Shown: piece after piece, positions 43,859 through 54,643 of the stretch | Numbering within the stretch: the stretch's first letter is position 1 | How the letters are laid out: every line of letters starts with the position of its first letter | IMG/VR virus record: IMGVR_UViG_3300021962_000060 | Span: 1-64,000 of that record | DNA: 64,000 nt | Source: a virus | Direction: 5' to 3' (one strand) | Made by a program: the position numbers and the translations under genes | The notes under the pieces: model-generated | Seen by the model: the letters and a program-made list of their open reading frames with translations, nothing else | Told to the model about the DNA's origin: nothing | Databases searched by the model: none

Positions 43859-46800
43859 AAGTATCTTTCACCAAATTTTTTCTAGCAATATAATCTTCAA
43901 TACAGATAATTGAACTGTCACTAGCAAGTTTATACGAATCCAGTCGCGTCAATGACTCTTTTTCAATAATCTTTGACATTTTTATAGCAAACCATCCAGT
44001 CTTTGAAATAATATGCTTAACTTTGCCATAAACAGCTGGGAAGATAACAATCTTTATAATCTTCACACCATCCCAAGCGTAAATATTAGCCATGCTTTTA
44101 CCTTTGGCTGTTACAAATGTTCTCATGCTAAAAACATGAACAAGACTTTTTTCGCTCTCTGATGTACCCATCTCTTCATTATAAAGCCATGAATATTCAT
44201 GATCCATTCCTTTATCCATCATTTCAATTAAAGACATCAAATCAGAAGAGTGACACTCATAAGCATCGCAAAAAGTATGCAAAGTTCTATCACCAATTAA
44301 TGCATAAATTAACTGTCTATTTGCTATCTCCGCATTCCGATCACAGAATATCGTGGTTGACCCAGATTGATCTTCTATTTCCACCCGTAGGTATTGAGGC
44401 GTTTTCTTTGTAGAACGCACCACAGCCTTCACCACGGTCAAAGGCGAGTTGATTTCATGGAAGTCCGCCAATGGCTGAACGTACTTATCTATCTCATTTT
44501 CATCTTGATTTAGATTAATAGCAAAACCCAAGATTGGCAAGTAGTATTTTTCATGATCATAGGCAGATACATGATTTAAACTTTTATAAGCTCCTACTTT
44601 ATCAAGAGTATCCCTCAATTTAGAATTGATACTTCTTTTGCTACATTTGGCATAAAACTCATCAATTGAATGAAAAGGCCTAAGAGAAAGTATTTCGGTA
44701 ATCGCAGTATTACCACAGCCCGATACATTTCTTAAACCAAATCTAATTCCTTCATCGTCAATTGTAAAAGATTCATCAGACAAGTTGATATCCGGTGGAT
44801 TTATCTTGATACCAAGACGATTTGCTTCCATTAGATATGCAGTAATTCTGTCTTGAGCATCCTCATTGTACAATAATGACCAGATGTATTCCATTGGGTA
44901 GTGTACTTTCAACCACATTGTCTGGTAAGACACCATAGAATACGCTACGGCATGAGATTTATTAAACATATATAGAGCCGCCATTTCAAACTCAGACCAC
45001 ATTTTTTCAGCAGCCTGTCTTGAAATAATTGCATTACTAATAAACTTATCACGATACTGATCAAATTCAGCAGCATCACGCTTTTTACCAATGATCTTAC
45101 GAAGTTTGTCAGCCTCAGCCCAACTAAACCCAGCAATACTCACAGCCATCTGCATTAGTTGCTCTTGAAAAATCACAGCACCGTATGTTTCAGATAAAAT
45201 CTCTTCAACAGATGGATGGGGATACTTTGCTTTTTCAATACCTTTTTTACAATTAATATACTTTTCACCTTGTGAAAGTAATGCACCAGGTCGAACAAGC
45301 GCATTACTTACAGCAAGATCACTAAAGTTATTAATACCCATTCTTTCAATAAGATTACGATATGCCGCAGCATCTACTTGGAAAATACCTACTGTATTTC
45401 CCTCATCAAAGTTTTTATAAACTAAGTCGTCATCAAGTAAAAGAGATAGACTACTAACATCAACACCATGACGCGCATTTATTTTCTCCAAACAGTCTTT
45501 TATAACAGAAACAGCCTTAAGACCCAAGATGTCAACTTTAATTAAGCCGACAGCCTCAGCGTCTTCCATATCAAATGCAGTAACAACTGATCTACCATTA
45601 TCATCATTACCACGCCTAGTTTCTACTGGGCATACTTCACTTAGCGGAACAGAAGAAACAACCATTCCGGCAGCATGAATGCCAGCAGTACGAACTCTAT
45701 TTTCAAGTTTACGTGCAATCGGAATAATATCAGGATATTTAGAGTTGAACACCTTACCCTTAGGAGATGACTCTAGTTCATCAAGAGTTTCAAAGAACGG
45801 TGTAATATTATTAATTTCTTCAAATGGAACTTGATATACTCTAGCAATATCCTTAATAACACTTTTTGCTTTAAATGTACCATAAATAGAAATAGCCGCA
45901 ACATTATTGCTACCCCATCTTTCACGAAGATACTGCTTGACCTTATCACGTTGCTTATCTTCAAAGTCTAAGTCAATATCTGGATAGTCATTTCTTTCTG
46001 GATTCAAGAATCTAGAGAAGAGAAGGCCATACTTGATTGGATCTACTTTGGATATATCAAGCAAATACGCCAATAAACTTCCACCAACAGAACCTCGACC
46101 AGGGCCACGACCAACTGAATTATTATCAGCCCATTTAATCAAATCCCAAACCATAAGGAAATAATCAGAGAAACCAAGTTTGGCAATAATCTGTAGTTCT
46201 TCATCAAGGCGATCTCGGTATTCAAGACCAAGACCACGACGATCTAATTCGTAAGTTGATATTTCTTTTAAGTATGAATCCGAATCAAGTGACTTTAAAT
46301 ACTTAGGTAATAACTTTTGTTTTACCGGTATCTGTGCTGTACACTTTTCAGCAATTTCCATTGAAGAATCAAATATGTCAGTTCTATCAATACCAACAGT
46401 TTGAAACCAAGATTGGATTTCATCAGCAGATGCTATATATGGATTAATTTGATCAAATCTCAAAAATCTATCAGGATACATAGCATTCATTTTTTCAATG
46501 ATGCTACCCTCATGCCTCATATTCTCTTTTGCTTTTCTAATGTCACCAGCATTTAAAGATGGGTACTGAGATATCATAAGCAAGACTTCTTCATGACCAT
46601 GATCTTCATGAGTAGGGAAATGACAGTCGGCAGTCGCTACAGGCTTCTTGTTAAAAGAAGATGCTAAATCAAATAAACCGCTGTTAATCTTTGACGGATT
46701 CCAAGCTTGAACTTCATAGTAAAAGTCGTCACCAAATATCTTGATAAAACGCTCAGATAGATATTCTGCTCTACTAGTGTTGCCGGCCTCTATAGCCTTG

Positions 46801-47234
46801 CATATTGCACCCCCAAGACAGCCTGAAAGGGCGACAATATCATTGTCAACCATATCTTCAAGTAATGCAAAATCAATACGAGGTTTATAGTAAAAATTAT
46901 CAGTCCATCCCGTTTGAGATGCTTTAAACAGTTTCTTTAACCCATCGTTATTTTTAGCCAAAAGAATAAGATGAAATCTCTCATGTCTCCCATCACCATC
47001 AGAATCAACCGAATCAACAAAATAAGCTTCAACACCAAAAATAGGCTTAACACTAGTTTTTTTGCAAGCATCTTGGAATTTAAGAACTCCACCCATAGTG
47101 CCATGATCAGTAATAGAAGCAGCATACTGCCCATTAACAGAAGCAATAGATGCAATATCCAATGGGGTTGACATCCCATCAAGCAATGAGTATTCGGAGT
47201 GACAATGTAGGTGTACAAAATCTTGCACTTTCAT
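43851..47234 (-). CDS. dnaE: DNA polymerase III alpha subunit
   Basis: PHP HLHCHSEYSLLDG, GRGSVGGS, PDIDLDF, KVDILGL, FNKSHA. Confidence 0.97.
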   Translation of the reverse strand: MKVQDFVHLHCHSEYSLLDGMSTPLDIASIASVNGQYAASITDHGTMGGVLKFQDACKKTSVKPIFGVEAYFVDSVDSDGDGRHERFHLILLAKNNDGLKKLFKASQTGWTDNFYYKPRIDFALLEDMVDNDIVALSGCLGGAICKAIEAGNTSRAEYLSERFIKIFGDDFYYEVQAWNPSKINSGLFDLASSFNKKPVATADCHFPTHEDHGHEEVLLMISQYPSLNAGDIRKAKENMRHEGSIIEKMNAMYPDRFLRFDQINPYIASADEIQSWFQTVGIDRTDIFDSSMEIAEKCTAQIPVKQKLLPKYLKSLDSDSYLKEISTYELDRRGLGLEYRDRLDEELQIIAKLGFSDYFLMVWDLIKWADNNSVGRGPGRGSVGGSLLAYLLDISKVDPIKYGLLFSRFLNPERNDYPDIDLDFEDKQRDKVKQYLRERWGSNNVAAISIYGTFKAKSVIKDIARVYQVPFEEINNITPFFETLDELESSPKGKVFNSKYPDIIPIARKLENRVRTAGIHAAGMVVSSVPLSEVCPVETRRGNDDNGRSVVTAFDMEDAEAVGLIKVDILGLKAVSVIKDCLEKINARHGVDVSSLSLLLDDDLVYKNFDEGNTVGIFQVDAAAYRNLIERMGINNFSDLAVSNALVRPGALLSQGEKYINCKKGIEKAKYPHPSVEEILSETYGAVIFQEQLMQMAVSIAGFSWAEADKLRKIIGKKRDAAEFDQYRDKFISNAIISRQAAEKMWSEFEMAALYMFNKSHAVAYSMVSYQTMWLKVHYPMEYIWSLLYNEDAQDRITAYLMEANRLGIKINPPDINLSDESFTIDDEGIRFGLRNVSGCGNTAITEILSLRPFHSIDEFYAKCSKRSINSKLRDTLDKVGAYKSLNHVSAYDHEKYYLPILGFAINLNQDENEIDKYVQPLADFHEINSPLTVVKAVVRSTKKTPQYLRVEIEDQSGSTTIFCDRNAEIANRQLIYALIGDRTLHTFCDAYECHSSDLMSLIEMMDKGMDHEYSWLYNEEMGTSESEKSLVHVFSMRTFVTAKGKSMANIYAWDGVKIIKIVIFPAVYGKVKHIISKTGWFAIKMSKIIEKESLTRLDSYKLASDSSIICIEDYIARKNLVKDTYV

Positions 47235-47767
47235 CCAATCTTCATGTCAGTTAAGTTTTTAACCGAATCAAATTTTTCTATTAAGTGACTATTGTACCAT
47301 GTCTCCATCACTGCGACAGTGGTATTTGTCATAGAACTTACTTTTTTTATTTCGCGAGGATTATCATCAATAAAAAATATTGGTTTAATCTTATCTATAA
47401 TTTCATATTTATGATACATGTCAGCAACAACAACATCATTATACTGAACGCACCATCCATCAAGCCAAGGATGTATCTCATTTTGTGAGATATCAGAGCG
47501 ACGAGATGTTATGAATATAATATCAAATCCATTACTAAACCAATCATTTATACAATGCCATGACTCTTTGATTGGCAAAAGATTCTTCCAAAATAAAGGA
47601 TCTTTATATATGTATTCGACTTCTTCAACACCATCGGGTGTTAATAAAGAATCACTAACTAGATTAAGGTTGTATTCAATACTAGAATTAGCTTTTATGT
47701 AATTTAAAACTTGTGATCCGATATCGGTAATAATACCATCCAGATCTAAACATATTGTTTTGTTCAT
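47231..47767 (-). CDS. HAD-family 5'(3')-deoxyribonucleotidase-like
   Basis: DLDGII, ITSR, IDDNP. Confidence 0.8.
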   Translation of the reverse strand: MNKTICLDLDGIITDIGSQVLNYIKANSSIEYNLNLVSDSLLTPDGVEEVEYIYKDPLFWKNLLPIKESWHCINDWFSNGFDIIFITSRRSDISQNEIHPWLDGWCVQYNDVVVADMYHKYEIIDKIKPIFFIDDNPREIKKVSSMTNTTVAVMETWYNSHLIEKFDSVKNLTDMKIG

Positions 47768-47775
47768 AATGAATA

Positions 47776-47806
47776 GTGCCGGCAGGCGTAAGATCCTGCC
47801 GGCACC
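47776..47806 (-). terminator. GC-rich hairpin after SSB gene
   Basis: GTGCCGGCAGG-N8-CCTGCCGGCAC. Confidence 0.7.
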
Positions 47807-47815
47807 ACTCCTTTC

Positions 47816-48454
47816 TCACCAAGAATCTTTGGCGAGTTCACCAGTCGTCAAATACTTTTCCTGATCGGCATAAGGAAGAGTCTTGTAGATATTATCAAGA
47901 TCATGCATCGGCAGAGACTTGATATTATCAGGCATAGGCGACTGATCCAAGGGGATCAAAGTATAATTTGTATCCTGAGGACCAGATCCAGTGCGTGAGC
48001 ACTTATAGTAACGATCAGTAATCGTACCAAACTCCTTAGCATACTCAATTAAAATCAAAGCCATATGGCGCTGATTGTAAGTGGTATCCATAACTCTAGG
48101 CTCCCAAGTGCCAGGCTCAACTTCAACAGCAATGTTGACAAGCAAGTGCGGCTTCGGTCTCCAACGAGTATCCTTAGCAATCTGCTCACTAGCCCAGCAT
48201 CTATAGTTGAAGTCCGGTAACTCACGTGTAGAAGCAACTCTCCACTTCCAGTTAATTGGCGAAGTAACAACGGGCACTGTTATGGCAGTACCAACTGCTT
48301 CGTCAAAATTCTTTGAGTCTTGTGCAAGTTCTTGACGAAAACGAATCTTAAAAGTATCTCCCGATTGTATTGAGAAAAACTTATTTTTGCTTACGCCTCC
48401 GCTTGACGGTATATTTTTTTCTAAGTCTTTAAGTGATTTTACTGAATTAAACAT
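47816..48454 (-). CDS. Single-stranded DNA-binding protein (phage type)
   Basis: KIRF..., RTGSGPQDTNYTLIP; located between primase and polymerase. Confidence 0.75.
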   Translation of the reverse strand: MFNSVKSLKDLEKNIPSSGGVSKNKFFSIQSGDTFKIRFRQELAQDSKNFDEAVGTAITVPVVTSPINWKWRVASTRELPDFNYRCWASEQIAKDTRWRPKPHLLVNIAVEVEPGTWEPRVMDTTYNQRHMALILIEYAKEFGTITDRYYKCSRTGSGPQDTNYTLIPLDQSPMPDNIKSLPMHDLDNIYKTLPYADQEKYLTTGELAKDSW

Positions 48455-48457
48455 TTC

Positions 48458-49441
48458 CTACCTACCTCCAATGATTGGTTCTTTATATGTGTATGATTTT
48501 TGTATTTCCTGCTCAGACATTTCACCTGGATCTTTAAGATTGTCAGGTATGACCATCTTAAACAGTTCTTTGCCTTCGCAAGAATCTATTATAGCATGAC
48601 GCATGGCATCGCCAGCATCATCTTTATCTGAAAAAATGATTATTCTGTCGAACCATTTTTTCAACATTGACACTTGATTAGCTGATACTTTTGCACCAAG
48701 TGTTGCTACACAATTTACATAACCGGCTTGAATTACTTTTGCACAGTCTAGACTTCCTTCAACAACAATACACTCATCAAATCTCTTAGCATTTTGAATA
48801 TTGAAGAGCACATCCGCACGCTTGAATCCCTTATTATATAAATAACGAGGATCTTGCCAGTCGTGAACTGCACGACCGATAAGGCCAACTATTTCATACT
48901 GTGTATTTCTAACAGGAATTACAACACGATCTTTAACTTTAGAGTATCCTATTTCAAGGAATGATAATGTTTCCTTAGTAAAGCCTCTTTCAATCAAAGA
49001 TTGCAAGTTTAACAACTCTTCACTATTATAATTAATCCTTATTGAATCAAGAGTCAACTCTTCCTCTTTTGGTGGATTTAGTGACATTTCAAGTTGATAC
49101 TGTAAATTGACAGGATCAACAATATTTTCACGACCATAAGATTTGCCAGTAATATGCTTATATAACTGCCTAAAGTTACCTTTTTTATCACAAGATGGAT
49201 TGAAGCACTGCCATAATCCTGTTTTAAGATTTATATAAAATGCAGGACTATGAGTGTTTTTGTGAAAAGGGCAGTATATCGTAGCTTCTTTTCCAGTTTC
49301 AGTTTGAATATTTATATTAAAAGAATCAAACAGGCTTCTAATATCTTGCTCTAAGTTATTTGATGAATACAATTTTAAACTCAAAAGTTTCAGTTTCTTG
49401 CTTATAATCAGTATAAAGCTTTGTTGTTGTAAAGTCACCAA
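48458..49441 (-). CDS. dnaG: DNA primase (true start probably about 25 codons downstream)
   Basis: CPFH..CFNPSC Zn finger, TOPRIM VEGSLD, DKDDAG, KDPGE. Confidence 0.92.
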   Translation of the reverse strand: MVTLQQQSFILIISKKLKLLSLKLYSSNNLEQDIRSLFDSFNINIQTETGKEATIYCPFHKNTHSPAFYINLKTGLWQCFNPSCDKKGNFRQLYKHITGKSYGRENIVDPVNLQYQLEMSLNPPKEEELTLDSIRINYNSEELLNLQSLIERGFTKETLSFLEIGYSKVKDRVVIPVRNTQYEIVGLIGRAVHDWQDPRYLYNKGFKRADVLFNIQNAKRFDECIVVEGSLDCAKVIQAGYVNCVATLGAKVSANQVSMLKKWFDRIIIFSDKDDAGDAMRHAIIDSCEGKELFKMVIPDNLKDPGEMSEQEIQKSYTYKEPIIGGR

Positions 49442-49550
49442 TTGATGATCTTATTTCATCTTCGATCCAAGGTCTTAGTCTAATGATTGTTTCAACATCA
49501 CGACTAGTCCCATGTGATACATGAATAATTGAATCATTTTTAGTACTCAT
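49356..49550 (-). CDS. Small hypothetical protein
   Basis: Coupled to helicase stop. Confidence 0.6.
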   Translation of the reverse strand: MSTKNDSIIHVSHGTSRDVETIIRLRPWIEDEIRSSIGDFTTTKLYTDYKQETETFEFKIVFIK

Positions 49551-50773
49551 CACAGATCCCATTCCTCACTCCACTTTCCTGTTTCAAGATTCCATCTAAG
49601 ATAGAATCCAAAATGTGTAGCTCTTCTAACTTTTCTAGAAACAACCTGAAATAGATCAGAGTTATATTCGCGATGGATGGCCAAAACCAAGTCAGCATCA
49701 TAAGCCAACTGCTTAGACCAAGCAACTTCTTCAAGCTCCGGTGGTCTTTCACTATGACCTTCACTCATCGTAACAGCCGCAACGTCAATAATCGGAATAT
49801 TGTTCTTTACAGCAATACGCTTGAAAGCTTTAGATAGATTCTTGGCCTTCTCAGTTTCATTCCTAGCACCACTAGAGTCATCAAAAAGACCATGATAATC
49901 AAGAATCACCATGTCGGGTTGGTACTGATCAATCTTAGCCTGCACCATGTTCTGGTCTGCTGTCTCTAGCCCCTCCGAGGTGATAAGATAAATAGGTTGC
50001 TTTCCTTCAAATGTTTTAGCAGCCCATTGTTCATATCTACCAACAATACTGGCATTAGCCTTTACTAAATCAGTATTTGTAAAGTTACCTTCGCCATTAT
50101 TTAGTAAAGTATCAAGCCTTTGACCTTCTTGAAGTTTATTCATCTCCAAAGAAATAATCATTGGTCGATAGCCTGCTCTCCAAGCATTAGCAGCAAATAA
50201 TCTTGCTATAAATGATTTACCAACACCTGTCCAGCCAAGCAAAACAATAAAGTCTCCAGCCTGCCAACCACCAAAGACCTTATCAATAACAGAAATACCG
50301 CTAGGAATGCCTACAATATCTTTGTCGGGATTGAGTGATCTTTCTTTTAATTCATTGAAACGGTCACGCCATTCACCGGCTAAGTCTGTATCTTTTAAAT
50401 TGCTAGAATACTTATATAGTTTAGAAGTATTCTCCATTAAAAAAGACAAGGCTTCTTTAGGACCAAGTTCACCAAGCATTGAATGGGCCTGAGCAACTAT
50501 TCTACGTGTTTGTAGTGCTAACGATTCACGCTTTGCTTGTTCAATATAATAACTTAAAGGCTCAGAAGAATTGATAAATTCAAAATCACCAAAATGAGAT
50601 TTAATCGTATCTTTTGATGGAACCTTGCTGTGCTTATCATAGTGACCAAGAATAAAATTCCAAATATCACGGTATTCAGAAAATACACCATCAACTCCCT
50701 CGTTAACTGCGGAAACCATGTCACCGCTTTCAACAATAGAGTTTATTAATCTCATCTCATAGTTCATCTTCAA
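49550..50773 (-). CDS. dnaB: DnaB-like replicative helicase
   Basis: GWTGVGKS, SLEM, ILDY, YDADLVL. Confidence 0.93.
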   Translation of the reverse strand: MKMNYEMRLINSIVESGDMVSAVNEGVDGVFSEYRDIWNFILGHYDKHSKVPSKDTIKSHFGDFEFINSSEPLSYYIEQAKRESLALQTRRIVAQAHSMLGELGPKEALSFLMENTSKLYKYSSNLKDTDLAGEWRDRFNELKERSLNPDKDIVGIPSGISVIDKVFGGWQAGDFIVLLGWTGVGKSFIARLFAANAWRAGYRPMIISLEMNKLQEGQRLDTLLNNGEGNFTNTDLVKANASIVGRYEQWAAKTFEGKQPIYLITSEGLETADQNMVQAKIDQYQPDMVILDYHGLFDDSSGARNETEKAKNLSKAFKRIAVKNNIPIIDVAAVTMSEGHSERPPELEEVAWSKQLAYDADLVLAIHREYNSDLFQVVSRKVRRATHFGFYLRWNLETGKWSEEWDL

Positions 50774-51065
50774 GCAACTTTCTCGTATCTGCTACAACCT
50801 GTTTAAATTTATTTATTGAACTCTGCTCTCTTTTTATCTTGTCAACCAAATTTCTTGATTCAAGAGCAAAGTTGAATACAAGAATCGGGCCATCATTAGT
50901 ATCAATGTACCATTTGATGGCCATCAACAAATCATCGCTATCATAATGCTTTGCTAAACTATCTGCAACATCATCTTGCCTAGGAGAATCTGGAAGAAAC
51001 AATTTCCCTTTTTCTTCACAAAAAACTCTAAAAGCAGATACAACATCACTCCCAATTATTGTCAT
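50757..51065 (-). CDS. Hypothetical protein
   Basis: Packed ORF upstream of helicase. Confidence 0.65.
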   Translation of the reverse strand: MTIIGSDVVSAFRVFCEEKGKLFLPDSPRQDDVADSLAKHYDSDDLLMAIKWYIDTNDGPILVFNFALESRNLVDKIKREQSSINKFKQVVADTRKLLEDEL

Positions 51066-51291
51066 TTACATCCTCAACTTTTTTCCATTTTGACATTAAA
51101 CGATCAAACTCTGTTGTGCCGGCTACAACTCCAATAACTTCTTCTAATTCAGAATTATATAATATACATTCGTTAACGACAGTACATTTTTTGCACCCAT
51201 TAACAGCATACTCAATTTTTTCTAAATTATAAGAAACCCAATGGGAGTGATGATTGTCATTGGCACAAATAGCTTGATTTCGCCAATTCAC
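51046..51291 (-). CDS. Divergent WhiB-like protein
   Basis: WRNQAIC...CKKCTVVNEC...GVVAG. Confidence 0.75.
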   Translation of the reverse strand: MNWRNQAICANDNHHSHWVSYNLEKIEYAVNGCKKCTVVNECILYNSELEEVIGVVAGTTEFDRLMSKWKKVEDVNDNNWE

Positions 51292-51482
51292 TTATCTAAC
51301 TCTTTAAGCTTTGCTTCAATCTGCTCATCAAGAGATGCCCAAAGCTTTTGCCAAGAGGATTCATCATCTAAAGACGAAGCCAAAATCTTTGCCCCTGCAT
51401 CTAAACGAAGTGACTCATAGTTTCCAAGATTTTTGGTGATTCCAATGGAAGCCCAAATTTCTGCTTTGTCATTATCAATCAT
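51288..51482 (-). CDS. Small phage protein (TKNLGNYESLRLD)
   Basis: Packed ORF. Confidence 0.75.
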   Translation of the reverse strand: MIDNDKAEIWASIGITKNLGNYESLRLDAGAKILASSLDDESSWQKLWASLDEQIEAKLKELDK

Positions 51483-51913
51483 AGGTTATCCACCTTTTGT
51501 TTAAGAGAAACAATGCTGTTTCTAATGTTGTTATTTTTTACGCTGACAGGTCTACCAGGTGACCTGCCAGAGAAGAATGCTACCACATCAAGAACCTCAG
51601 ATTCGCTGTAGAAGCGCCAATTTTTATAACAATTTTGCTCATCATCAATAACAAAAGATGGTTTTGGAAGCAAACCATTCTTTTCATACTTTCTTATTGT
51701 GTCAGAGCGTTTGTTTGTAATTTTAGATAACTCACCAATTGTATACAAACGACTAAGTAAAATTTCAGATCCAGCAAGAGGCACCACTTCTTCTACTTCT
51801 ATATTAACAAATCTAACAATAATGCTATTAGAAGATTTGTGAATTTTTTTGACTTTTACAAGTTGTGCTTTGTATAAATAAAATTTATTTTCTATAATTT
51901 TATTTGTTATCAT
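51479..51913 (-). CDS. MerR-type HTH DNA-binding protein
   Basis: YTIGELSKITNKRSDTIRKYEKNGLL...WRFYS. Confidence 0.85.
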   Translation of the reverse strand: MITNKIIENKFYLYKAQLVKVKKIHKSSNSIIVRFVNIEVEEVVPLAGSEILLSRLYTIGELSKITNKRSDTIRKYEKNGLLPKPSFVIDDEQNCYKNWRFYSESEVLDVVAFFSGRSPGRPVSVKNNNIRNSIVSLKQKVDNL

Positions 51914-52103
51914 TTTGAATCTTCTTTTGAGTTTGTTCAATAAACTTTTCAAGTTTAGCAACTTCAATATCTACAGAATGAGCACACTGAATACAGGTGA
52001 CATCAACCCATAACTCACCTAGACTATAATATTGTTCACCAATATATTTAGTACCACCGCATCTTTTACATATCCAATTTATTGGCGGAAACTTAATCAC
52101 CAT
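51900..52103 (-). CDS. Small Zn-ribbon protein
   Basis: CKRC...CIQC. Confidence 0.65.
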   Translation of the reverse strand: MVIKFPPINWICKRCGGTKYIGEQYYSLGELWVDVTCIQCAHSVDIEVAKLEKFIEQTQKKIQNDNK

Positions 52104-52299
52104 ACACCGCCTGTTCAAATGCTTCAATTTCTGGTGTAGTCATATGTTCACCGATTATCCTTATAGATAAACCATAGAGATCATTGGCAATATTACGCCA
52201 ACGGTCACGATCTGCTCGCATCTTTTCAAACATCACTCTTAGGATGTCAAAATCGTTTTCACAGTCTTCTAGTTTATATGCAAAACTCTCAGTCACCAC
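52093..52299 (-). CDS. Small hypothetical protein
   Basis: Packed ORF. Confidence 0.6.
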   Translation of the reverse strand: MVTESFAYKLEDCENDFDILRVMFEKMRADRDRWRNIANDLYGLSIRIIGEHMTTPEIEAFEQAVYGD

Positions 52300-52308
52300 G
52301 CACCGCCA

Positions 52309-53469
52309 TTACAACCAGCAGTTATACTCAGCAGTAACAATGCCCTTTTCAGGATGGACAAACATCAAAGGTTGTGAGGGCTGACCAATTGCAGCCAAAC
52401 GTTCCATAGCGTATGTGTTTGTAGACTCAGGGCTACCAGAGATTCTGAATTGAACCGTATTAAAAGTAAACTTAGTAGGGGTATGGAAATGTCCGCAATA
52501 AACATCATTAAACTCTTCAGGGACAGCACCAATCTTCCATCCATAAACTTTTTTCTGGAATGCATATAAAGTAGAAAGCGTACCAAACTGATCGCCATGA
52601 ATTAGCATTGATTTGTAATTGCCAATCTCATCTACAGCATACCAATTCCTATCACCTTTACCGTCTGGAATATTAAATGATATGCGCTTTTCATTCTCAT
52701 ACATCAACTGAACGATACGATATAGCATTCTATCGGCATTGGTTTCAGGATCATGATCTCGGCGCGATCTACCGCCAATAGCACCGTGATTACCAATAAC
52801 ACCGACAAAGACAACTTTTTCAAAGTTCTGTAGCATCTTGTCAATAAACTTACGCATAATTCTAGGCCCATCAACAGTCACTTGACGATATAAGCCTCCA
52901 TCGACCAAGAAGCTTTGACCTGGAAAAATAAGTTCACCTTCAACAATGTCTCCAAGACACCAGATATGAATCTCATTAACAGGATGATCTGCTCTTTGAA
53001 TATTTGTTAAATCAACAACTTTCTCTGCAAATCTTTCAATTCTTTCTTCACAAACAGAAGAGTTGTAGTCAGGAGTGACTTTTGCCAACTGCCAATCGGC
53101 AAGGACTGCTACAGCAACCTCTTGATTCTTGTTAGCTTTCTTAGATTTAATACCAACAAAATTTCTTTCAACAGGAGGCAGTGGATTCTGAGAAACAACA
53201 TCTTTAACGGCCATATAAACAGCATTAACAATCTCATCTTGTTTAGACTTTATCTTTTCATATTCAGAAAGTAGTTTTGCATATGCGACCTTGAGTTCGG
53301 GTCTGTCGGAATCCAAATCAACAGGAACGTTCACAAGACCGTTTTCCTTCCTAAATTTACAAAGACCCAATGAATCTATAGATTTACGGCAGCTAGGATG
53401 GGCGTACCTTTGATTAGCGGAGTTAGGCTCAAACTCTAAATCGCAATTATTTCCTTCACATTTTTTCAC
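52309..53469 (-). CDS. Calcineurin-like metallophosphoesterase
   Basis: DWQ, LGDIVEG, GNHG, HGD, GHFH. Confidence 0.9.
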   Translation of the reverse strand: MKKCEGNNCDLEFEPNSANQRYAHPSCRKSIDSLGLCKFRKENGLVNVPVDLDSDRPELKVAYAKLLSEYEKIKSKQDEIVNAVYMAVKDVVSQNPLPPVERNFVGIKSKKANKNQEVAVAVLADWQLAKVTPDYNSSVCEERIERFAEKVVDLTNIQRADHPVNEIHIWCLGDIVEGELIFPGQSFLVDGGLYRQVTVDGPRIMRKFIDKMLQNFEKVVFVGVIGNHGAIGGRSRRDHDPETNADRMLYRIVQLMYENEKRISFNIPDGKGDRNWYAVDEIGNYKSMLIHGDQFGTLSTLYAFQKKVYGWKIGAVPEEFNDVYCGHFHTPTKFTFNTVQFRISGSPESTNTYAMERLAAIGQPSQPLMFVHPEKGIVTAEYNCWL

Positions 53470-53519
53470 GGTGCCTCCTTCAGGCTTCCGTCTATCGTAT
53501 CACACCTGAGGGGAAGGAA

Positions 53520-53963
53520 TCAGTCATTAGGAATATTTTTTTGAATAATTCTTTTTCGTGAAATATCACGTTTTTTTGTATGGGGCTTAGTGCTTTTAAC
53601 AGTTTCTCTCTGTTTATCTCTTTGAGCTTGGGTGGGCTTTCTGCCTTCCATGTGTATGGCACTATGTTCTTTATGAAGACATAGAAAAAAATTTTCTATT
53701 CTATTATCTGTTTTAATTTCATTTATATGATGCACTGTCTCCCAAGGCTGTAAATATCGACCAAGATAATTTTCCATGACCAATCTATGCTCATAAACAT
53801 AACCACGAATATTACGTGGATGGTCTGGCAGGAGGACTCTCACATATCCTTTATCATCAATATACTTACCGCCAGCAAAATTAGGATTACTAGCTCCACT
53901 ATTGTTTTTTGAAGACCATTGAATATCTTTACGCTTAGACGCTAACTCTCTACGAGCAGACAA
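53520..53963 (-). CDS. HNH endonuclease
   Basis: EHRLVME..LGR.L...VHHINEIKTDNRIEN. Confidence 0.88.
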   Translation of the reverse strand: MSARRELASKRKDIQWSSKNNSGASNPNFAGGKYIDDKGYVRVLLPDHPRNIRGYVYEHRLVMENYLGRYLQPWETVHHINEIKTDNRIENFFLCLHKEHSAIHMEGRKPTQAQRDKQRETVKSTKPHTKKRDISRKRIIQKNIPND

Positions 53964-53965
53964 TT

Positions 53966-54643
53966 TTAGACACCGCCAGCGTCTTCGACATAAATCTGAA
54001 TAGGAGCACTAGCATTACCTTCAATTCTCCAGTTAGGAGCATTATTCGTATTAGCGCCAGCAGTGCGTGCAACAGTTAAAAAGAAACTCTGGTTAGTTAA
54101 AGCAGATCCAGTAGTCTTAAGCACGCTATACGTGCCTAAACCTATTTTGCTTGGATAAGTATTAGACTTTACTGCTTCATTAGCAATATTAGCAGGTAAT
54201 CCCGTAGATACGTTAAGGAGCGAATACGTATGGGGAGTTACTTCCCAGTACGCCAGTTTCTGCTTGCCAGAGTCTGCTAGGCTAGTGCCATTATACACAG
54301 TTATAACATACTTGGAATCCTCCGCGCCGGCAGAAAGCACAGAAATTGCTGGAATGTTTACAGTTATTTTATAATATCTATTTTCGGCAATAGTAACTCG
54401 TCTATCCGAGCCGCCAGTACCGCTTTCGTCTTTAAGATAAATAATTTCTGTTTCAGCAAACGTAGAATAGCCAGTCGAGTTAGGAACTTGAGATGTTAAC
54501 TCGTTCATTCTAATAACGCCAGTTGCTTTATCATCAATAACATCTTTAACTTGCTCAATATTGGTAGACATCTGAGCAAGGCGAGCTCCGGTTATAGGAG
54601 TTCCATCAGTCCAAGAAACAAAATTATAGTTTTCGTAAGCCAT
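53966..54643 (-). CDS. Virion/tail-associated protein
   Basis: W.DGTPITGARL..M N-terminus, VEDAG C-terminus. Confidence 0.6.
   Translation of the reverse strand: MAYENYNFVSWTDGTPITGARLAQMSTNIEQVKDVIDDKATGVIRMNELTSQVPNSTGYSTFAETEIIYLKDESGTGGSDRRVTIAENRYYKITVNIPAISVLSAGAEDSKYVITVYNGTSLADSGKQKLAYWEVTPHTYSLLNVSTGLPANIANEAVKSNTYPSKIGLGTYSVLKTTGSALTNQSFFLTVARTAGANTNNAPNWRIEGNASAPIQIYVEDAGGV

Noticed and set aside
43851-47234. Intein or intron in dnaE, terL or dnaB
   Set aside because: Lengths are ordinary and no intein splice or homing-endonuclease motifs are seen.
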